64,000 bases of DNA from Frankiaceae bacterium (lineage in GTDB: Bacteria; Actinomycetota; Actinomycetes; BP-191), in contig DASZER010000043.1 in NCBI GenBank assembly GCA_035940575.1, forward strand, positions 130,961-194,960, in the 5' to 3' direction. Every line of letters starts with the position of its first letter. The stretch's first letter is position 1. Shown here one piece after another: positions 58,581 through 64,000 of this stretch. A model generated the notes under the pieces. It ran no database searches. It was not told the origin of the DNA and saw only the letters and a list, made by a program, of their open reading frames with translations. The translations under genes and the position numbers were made by a program.

Positions 58581-58972
58581 CCGGCTACTCCGGCACGCCG
58601 CTCGCGCGGAAGCTGGGCGTGAAGCCCGGCTCCACGCTGCGCCTCGTCAACGCGCCCGAGGACTTCGAGATCGACCTGCCCGACGGCGTGAGCGTCCGCA
58701 GGAGCGGCCCGTACGCCGCCGACGTCGTCGTGCTGTTCACGACGTCGTACGCCGACCTGGCGCGTCGCATCGAGGCGCTCGGCAGGGCGATCCACCCCGA
58801 CCGCGCGCTGTGGGTCGCGTGGCCGAAGCGCAGCAGCGGCGTCCCCACCGACCTCACCGAGGACTCGCTGCGGGAGGTCGCGCTGCCGCTCGGCCTCGTC
58901 GACAACAAGGTCTGCGCCGTCACCGACGTCTGGTCGGGCCTGCGCCTGGTCTGGCGCAAGGAGCGCAGGTGA
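58565..58972 (+). CDS. DUF3052 family protein
   Basis: Sub-ORF of track ORF 58526..58972. The start is uncertain (GTG 58565 suggested). GYSGTPLARKLGVKPGSTLRLVNAPEDF matches the DUF3052 N-terminus. Confidence 0.7.
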   Translation: MPAALTGYSGTPLARKLGVKPGSTLRLVNAPEDFEIDLPDGVSVRRSGPYAADVVVLFTTSYADLARRIEALGRAIHPDRALWVAWPKRSSGVPTDLTEDSLREVALPLGLVDNKVCAVTDVWSGLRLVWRKERR

Positions 58973-60474
58973 CGCGCGCCGTCGTCGTCGGCGCGGGCCA
59001 CAACGCGCTCGTGGCCGCGACGCTGCTCGCCCGTGAGGGCCTGTCCGTCACGGTGTACGAGGCGAGCGACGTCGTCGGCGGCGCGGCGCGGACGGAGACG
59101 CCGTTCGCGAAGGTGCCAGGGCTGCGGCAGTCGACCGGGGCGTACCTGCTCGGCCTCATGCCGCCCGAGCTCGTCGCGACGCTCGGCATCGACCTGCCGC
59201 TGCTGCGCCGCGACCCGCACTACTTCCTGCCGACGACCGGCTCGTCGTACCTGCTGATGGGATCCGACCGCGAGGACGTGCGGCGGCAGTTCGAGGCGTT
59301 CTTCTCCCCCGCCGACTGGCGCGCCGACGAGGCGCTGCAACGCGAGCTCGACGCGTTGCGCACCGACCTCGCGCCCGCGTGGCTGGCCGAGCCCGGCACC
59401 GTCGAGGAGACCGCCGAGCGCTACGTGCGGGCGGAGCTGCGCGAGGCGTTCGTCGACCTGTGCCGCGGCTCCGTTGCGGACTACCTCGCGCGGTTCGGCT
59501 TCGAGTCCGACCTCGTCGTCGCGATGTACGCCGTCACCGACGGCCTCTCCGGCCTCGCGGCGGGCCCCGACACGCCCGGCTCCGGCCACAACTTCCTCGT
59601 GCACAACATGTGCCGGCTGCCCGGCGCCGACGGCACCTGGATGATCGTGCGCGGCGGCATGGGCACCGTGACGGCGACGCTCGCCGACGCCGCCCGCGCG
59701 GCCGGCGCCACGATCGAGACCGGCTCGCCGGTCGCGCGGATCACGACGGCCAACGGCGCCGTCGACGGCGTCGACCTGGCCGACGGCACGCACGTCCACG
59801 CCGACGTGGTCGTCGGCGGCTGCGACCCGTACGTCCTCGCGCGGCTCGCGGGCGAGGCGTTCCCCGCGCCGCTGCGCGAGCGCCTCGACGCGGTCAAGAA
59901 GGACGGCTCGACGCTCAAGGTCAACCTCGCGCTGCGCGACCTGCCCCACTTCACGTGCCTGCCCGACGGGGCGCCGAGCCCGTTCGGGGCGACGATCCAC
60001 CTGCTCCCCGACGGCGGCCTCGACGCCGTGCGCGCGCAGTGGGCGGACGTGCGGGCCGGGCGGCTGCCCGACTTCCCGACGATCGAGTGGTACGTCCACA
60101 CGACCGTCGACCCGTCGCTGCGCGACCCCGACGGCCACCACAGCGCCGCGCTGTTCGTGCAGTCGGTCCCCTACGGCGTCGAGGACGACGGCTACGTCGC
60201 GCACCTGCTCTCGCTCTGCGACCGCTTCGCGCCGGGCACGAGCGACCTCGTCGCCGACACGTTCCCCCTCTGGCCGGCCGGGATCGAGCGGCACTTCGGG
60301 ATCACGCGCGGCCACATCCACCACGTCGACAACGCCGTGGCGTTCGCCGACCGGATGCCGTACGCCACCGGCCTCGACGGCCTCTACGCCTGCTCCGCGG
60401 GCTGCCACCCGGCCGGCTCGGTCATCGGCGCCGCCGGCCACAACGCCGCCCGCCGCGTCCTGCGCGACCTGTAA
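58969..60474 (+). CDS. FAD/NAD(P)-dependent oxidoreductase (phytoene desaturase/CrtI-like family)
   Basis: Sub-ORF of track ORF 58810..60474 from GTG 58969 (GTGA overlap), 501 aa. Rossmann motif AVVVGAGHNALVAATLLAREGLSVTVYEASDVVGGAA. Confidence 0.85.
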   Translation: MTRAVVVGAGHNALVAATLLAREGLSVTVYEASDVVGGAARTETPFAKVPGLRQSTGAYLLGLMPPELVATLGIDLPLLRRDPHYFLPTTGSSYLLMGSDREDVRRQFEAFFSPADWRADEALQRELDALRTDLAPAWLAEPGTVEETAERYVRAELREAFVDLCRGSVADYLARFGFESDLVVAMYAVTDGLSGLAAGPDTPGSGHNFLVHNMCRLPGADGTWMIVRGGMGTVTATLADAARAAGATIETGSPVARITTANGAVDGVDLADGTHVHADVVVGGCDPYVLARLAGEAFPAPLRERLDAVKKDGSTLKVNLALRDLPHFTCLPDGAPSPFGATIHLLPDGGLDAVRAQWADVRAGRLPDFPTIEWYVHTTVDPSLRDPDGHHSAALFVQSVPYGVEDDGYVAHLLSLCDRFAPGTSDLVADTFPLWPAGIERHFGITRGHIHHVDNAVAFADRMPYATGLDGLYACSAGCHPAGSVIGAAGHNAARRVLRDL

Positions 60475-60549
60475 TCGGCCGCGGCCTCTCGCGTGTACAG
60501 AACGGGCCGGACGGCCCGGCCCGCGCTGAGTACCGCGAATGGAGTGCCC

Positions 60550-60855
60550 ATGCTTCGCAAGCTCGCAGCCACCGCCGTCGCCGCCACGCTCGCGTTCGCC
60601 GGCCTCGCCAGCCCGGCCTCGGCCGACGTTCCCACCGACACGGGCGTCCTCGTCAGGACGGGCAGCACGTACGTCGACCAGACGACCGGCACGGTCTACA
60701 ACACGCTGGCCGCAGGCCCCGAGCAGATCAACCCGCTGCGCCTCGTCCAGCCGTCGACCTCCCGGAGCAGCTGGGGCCTCTACTACGACGAGGTCGGCGG
60801 CGGCCTGTACCTGATCATCGAGGACGGCTCGGACCTGTGGATCATCGAGCTGTAG
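60550..60855 (+). CDS. Small secreted hypothetical protein
   Basis: Sub-ORF of track ORF 60493..60855 from ATG 60550, 101 aa. Signal peptide MLRKLAATAVAATLAFAGLASPASA. Confidence 0.55.
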   Translation: MLRKLAATAVAATLAFAGLASPASADVPTDTGVLVRTGSTYVDQTTGTVYNTLAAGPEQINPLRLVQPSTSRSSWGLYYDEVGGGLYLIIEDGSDLWIIEL

Positions 60856-61228
60856 CTCGCGCCGTCGCACCCGACGAGCTCGGCGAGGGGAGGGACGTCC
60901 GGGTCGTCGTGCGCGACCTGCGTGCGCTGGGCGTCCCCGCGACCGTGACGACGCCGCTCGGCCCCCGGTCGCCGGGCCGGCCGCTGCGCGAGTGGCGGCG
61001 CGTCCTCTCCGAGGAAGGCGGGATCAGGGACCCCTGGGGCAACGTCCACCCGTTCGACCTCTCGGAGTGGGACGGCGCCGATCCCGAGACCCCGCTCGTC
61101 GTGGCCGTTCTGGCCCCGCGATGACGGGCGCGCCCGGTCACGCTCCGGCGTGGCCGGGCCGCGCTCGCGTGCCCGACGCGCCGCCCCGCGGCGGCAGGAG
61201 CCACGACCCGCGCCGCGAACCTCATCGC

Positions 61229-61909
61229 ATGCGCCGTTCCCTCGCCCTGCTCGCCGCCGCGGCCCTCACCGCGACGGCCACGCCCGCGCTCGCCGCGCCG
61301 CCGAAGGCGAAGCCCGTCTGCGGCCTGGTCCGCGACCCCGCGGGCGACACGTCCTCGCCCGCGCCCGACCGCGCCCTCGACTCGCAGCTCGACATCACCT
61401 CGGCCGACGTCGCGACGGACAGGAAGAACGTCACGGTCGTGCTGCGCCTCGCCAGCCTCACCGCGGCCGACCCGGCCAACCCGCAGGGGCGCGTCTACGA
61501 GTTCGACTTCACCGCGGCCGAGAAGAACTTCATCGTCCTCGGCAACCTGCTCCCCGGCGGCAACTCGTTCAACGTGTTCATCAGCGACACGCGGTTCGAG
61601 GAGGGCAAGGGCGGCGCCCGCGCGGCGACCGGCATCGGCCAGGCCACCGGCGTCGTGGACGTCGTCGCCAAGGAGGTGCGGATGACCGCGCCGCTGTCGG
61701 TGTTCGACCCGTACGCGAACCTGCGCGCCGGCACCCTCTACTACCTGTCCGCGTGGACCTACCGCGCCAACGGCATGTCGGCCCAGCCCGCGCTGGAGCA
61801 GGCGTCGGTCGAGGTCACCACGGCGTTCGGCATCGGCGTCGACGAGGCGTGGGGCCGCAAGTCGTACTACCGCGCCGGCGCCGCGTCCTGCGTCAAGCCC
61901 GGCAGGTAG
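61229..61909 (+). CDS. Secreted hypothetical protein
   Basis: Sub-ORF of track ORF 60992..61909 from ATG 61229, 226 aa. Signal peptide MRRSLALLAAAALTATATPALA. No family recognised. Confidence 0.6.
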   Translation: MRRSLALLAAAALTATATPALAAPPKAKPVCGLVRDPAGDTSSPAPDRALDSQLDITSADVATDRKNVTVVLRLASLTAADPANPQGRVYEFDFTAAEKNFIVLGNLLPGGNSFNVFISDTRFEEGKGGARAATGIGQATGVVDVVAKEVRMTAPLSVFDPYANLRAGTLYYLSAWTYRANGMSAQPALEQASVEVTTAFGIGVDEAWGRKSYYRAGAASCVKPGR

Positions 61910-61930
61910 CACCGCCTACGATCGCGAGCC

Positions 61931-63106
61931 ATGGACTTCGCGATCCCGGACGAGCTCGTCGCGCTGCGCCGTTCGTTCGCGGCGTTCGTCGACCGCGAGG
62001 TGCGCCCGCGCGACGAGGCGGTGCGCGAGTCGATCCACGCGGGCGCGTTCGAAGGCCCGGTCCGCGAGGCCGCGATGGAGGTCAAGCGCCGCTCGTGCGA
62101 GGAGGGCTTCTTCGCCGCGCACCTGCCGGAGCACGTCGGCGGCTGGGGCCTGTCCACGCTCGGCATGACGCTGCTCGTCGAGGACGCCGCCAGGTCGGGG
62201 CTGCGCCTCGCGGCGTACGCCGTCGGTCCGCCCAACCCCGAGGCGCCCACGCCCCTGCTGCTCGACCTGCCCGAGCACCTCTGGGAGACCTACCTCACGC
62301 CGCTCGTGCGCGGCGAGCAGAGCATGTGCTTCGCGCTGACCGAGCCCGAGGCCGGCTCCGACGCGCAGGCCATCACGACGCGCGCCGAGCCGATCGGCCC
62401 CGGGGGGGCGGGTGGGTGGGTCCTCAACGGCCGCAAGCACTACATCACCAACGCCGACCGCGCCGACTTCGCGGTCGTGTTCGCCGTCACCGACGCGGAG
62501 AAGCGCGCGGCCGGGGGCATCACGGCGTTCGTCGTGCCGCGCTCGCAGTGGTCGCCGGGCAAGAAGCAGCTCACGATCGCCGACACCCACCCGTCGGAGC
62601 TGGTGCTGGACGACGCGCGGGTACCCGCCGACCACGTCGTCGGCGAGGTCGGCATGGGCTTCTTCGCGGCCATGAAGTTCCTGAACGCCGGGCGCGCGTT
62701 CATCGGCGCGCAGTGCCTCGGCCTCGCGGAGTGGTGCCTCGACGTCGCGGTCGAGCACGCGAAGTCGCGGACGGCGTTCGGCAAGCCGATCGGCAAGTTC
62801 CAGGGCGTGTCGTTCCCGCTGGCCGAGTGCAAGGCCGAGATCGAGGCGATGCGCTGGCTGACCTACCACCTCGCGTGGGCCGTCGACCAGGGCGACCAGC
62901 CGATGCTCGACGCGTCGATCGTGAAGTACTACGACACCGAGCGCGCGTACGCCGTCGCCGACCGCTGCCTGCAGGTCTTCGGCGGCATGGGCCTGCTCAA
63001 GGAGGGTCCGATCGAGCACGTGCTCCGGCACCTGCGGATGCTGCGCGTGGTCGAGGGCGCGACCGAGGTGCAGAAGCTCGTCATCGCGCGCTCACTCGGC
63101 CTGTAG
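61931..63106 (+). CDS. Acyl-CoA dehydrogenase
   Basis: 391 aa. CFALTEPEAGSDA, KHYITNA, and the C-terminal QVFGGMGLLKEGPIEHVLRHLRMLRVVEGATEVQ are typical ACAD motifs. Confidence 0.95.
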   Translation: MDFAIPDELVALRRSFAAFVDREVRPRDEAVRESIHAGAFEGPVREAAMEVKRRSCEEGFFAAHLPEHVGGWGLSTLGMTLLVEDAARSGLRLAAYAVGPPNPEAPTPLLLDLPEHLWETYLTPLVRGEQSMCFALTEPEAGSDAQAITTRAEPIGPGGAGGWVLNGRKHYITNADRADFAVVFAVTDAEKRAAGGITAFVVPRSQWSPGKKQLTIADTHPSELVLDDARVPADHVVGEVGMGFFAAMKFLNAGRAFIGAQCLGLAEWCLDVAVEHAKSRTAFGKPIGKFQGVSFPLAECKAEIEAMRWLTYHLAWAVDQGDQPMLDASIVKYYDTERAYAVADRCLQVFGGMGLLKEGPIEHVLRHLRMLRVVEGATEVQKLVIARSLGL

Positions 63107-63376
63107 CCGGCCGTCCTCGCCCGGCGCCACCTGCTCCGCCTCCCGCAGCGCGTGCACGAAGACCGCGAGCGCCGTGCGCGCGTCGTCGGCGTCGGCGACG
63201 TACGCCGCGTCGCAGCACCCCCACGCCAGCGTCGGGGCGTGCTCGAGGTAGCGCCCCGGCCGTTCCGCGCAGTCCGCCACCATCGCCGCCACCTCGGGCG
63301 AGGCGGCGAGGCGCGGGTCGGCGAGCGCCGCCGCGGCGGCCTCGCGCACGCGGTCGGTGCGCGCGAGATCCACCAT
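63092..63376 (-). CDS. Hypothetical protein (weak call)
   Basis: Tail of track ORF 63092..63583 from ATG 63376, 94 aa: MVDLARTDRVREAAAAALADPRLAASPEVAAMVADCAERPGRYLEH... Normal composition, unlike the upstream Arg/Gly-rich part. Its 3' end overlaps the end of the ACAD gene by 15 nt. Confidence 0.3.
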   Translation of the reverse strand: MVDLARTDRVREAAAAALADPRLAASPEVAAMVADCAERPGRYLEHAPTLAWGCCDAAYVADADDARTALAVFVHALREAEQVAPGEDGRLQAE

Positions 63377-63402
63377 CCAGATGACGCGTGTCCGGCGCAC
63401 GC

Positions 63403-64000
63403 CTAGGTCACCAGCGCCGCCACGGCTTCCGCCGCGGCCTCGGGCCCGGGCATCGCCGCGATCGCCTCCGCCACGCGGGCCGCCGCCTCGGCGTACGACG
63501 GCTCCTCCAGTACGCGCGCCACCGCCGCCGCGACGTCGTCGCGTACCGGCTCGCCGGGCCCGAACGCCACGCCCGCGCCGCACGCCGCGGTCCGCTCGGC
63601 GTTCGTGAACTGGTCGGCACCCTGCGGCAGCAGGACGTTCGGCAGGCCGTGGGCGAGCGCGCCGAACAGCGTTCCCGAGCCCGCGTGCGACACCACCGCC
63701 GCGCAGCGCGGCAGCACCTCGGCCTGCGGCACGAACCGTTCGGCGGCGACGTTGCCGGGCAGGTCGCCGAGCGACGCGGGGTCGCCGTCCGTGCCGACGG
63801 TCACGAGCACGTCCGCGCCCGACGCGGCCGCGGCGAGGACCACCTCGCGCAGCGGCCCCGGCTGCTTGTTGAACGCCGTCCCGAACGTCACGTAGACCAG
63901 CGGGCGCCCGCCCGCCACCCGCGGCGCGCCCTCGGCGGGGCGCACCTGCCGGACGCCCGCCGCGGGCGGGGTCTGGCCGTTGTGCAGCGGCGGCGGGCAG
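63403..64000 (-). CDS. MGT/UDP-glycosyltransferase family protein, C-terminal part (gene continues beyond window end)
   Basis: Track ORF 63403..63945, but the frame stays open to 64000. PLVYVTFGT, AVVSHAGSGTLFGALAHGLPNVLLPQGADQFTNA is the GT1 nucleotide-sugar binding motif. Confidence 0.8.
   Translation of the reverse strand, partial: CPPPLHNGQTPPAAGVRQVRPAEGAPRVAGGRPLVYVTFGTAFNKQPGPLREVVLAAAASGADVLVTVGTDGDPASLGDLPGNVAAERFVPQAEVLPRCAAVVSHAGSGTLFGALAHGLPNVLLPQGADQFTNAERTAACGAGVAFGPGEPVRDDVAAAVARVLEEPSYAEAAARVAEAIAAMPGPEAAAEAVAALVT

Overview
High-GC (by eye above 70% G+C) actinobacterial chromosome segment; genus cannot be determined from sequence alone. Most long ORFs in the six-frame track are off-frame or antisense artefacts of the GC bias. 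I chose frames by recognisable motifs, amino-acid composition and start/stop coupling, and refined several starts inside track ORFs; refined starts are hand-derived and may be off by a few codons. Layout: (1) 1-5.4 kb, ECF sigma factor plus a Tad/Flp pilus operon. (2) 5.4-12.4 kb, regulators (TetR, large LuxR/LAL) and secreted proteins. (3) 12.4-22 kb, M14 carboxypeptidase, then the argS-lysA-hom-thrC-thrB core block carrying an inserted MFS transporter gene, a receiver-only response regulator, and tRNA-Arg(CCG). (4) 22.4-42.7 kb, the main accessory feature: a tightly coupled 19-ORF extracellular contractile injection system (eCIS, phage-tail-like) operon. Upstream of it at 42.7-50 kb lie a SARP-family regulator, three DUF4157 (eCIS core domain) HExxH proteins with unrelated C-terminal modules as candidate cargo, and Cys-rich secreted proteins. 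Four upstream regions in this block share GTGAC(G/A) direct repeats spaced exactly 11 bp apart, which I propose as a cis-regulatory signature tied to the SARP. (5) 50-64 kb, a GH15-like hydrolase, the LexA-box-controlled imuA'-imuB-dnaE2 mutasome, and small housekeeping and secreted genes, ending in a partial glycosyltransferase. I saw no CRISPR array, rRNA, transposase or integrase. eCIS loci are already known in actinomycetes, so the potentially new elements are the cargo set, the phased-repeat regulon, the tandem duplication in the putative tape measure, and the fibre-like terminal gene. All homology calls come from motif recognition by eye and need HMM or structure-prediction confirmation.
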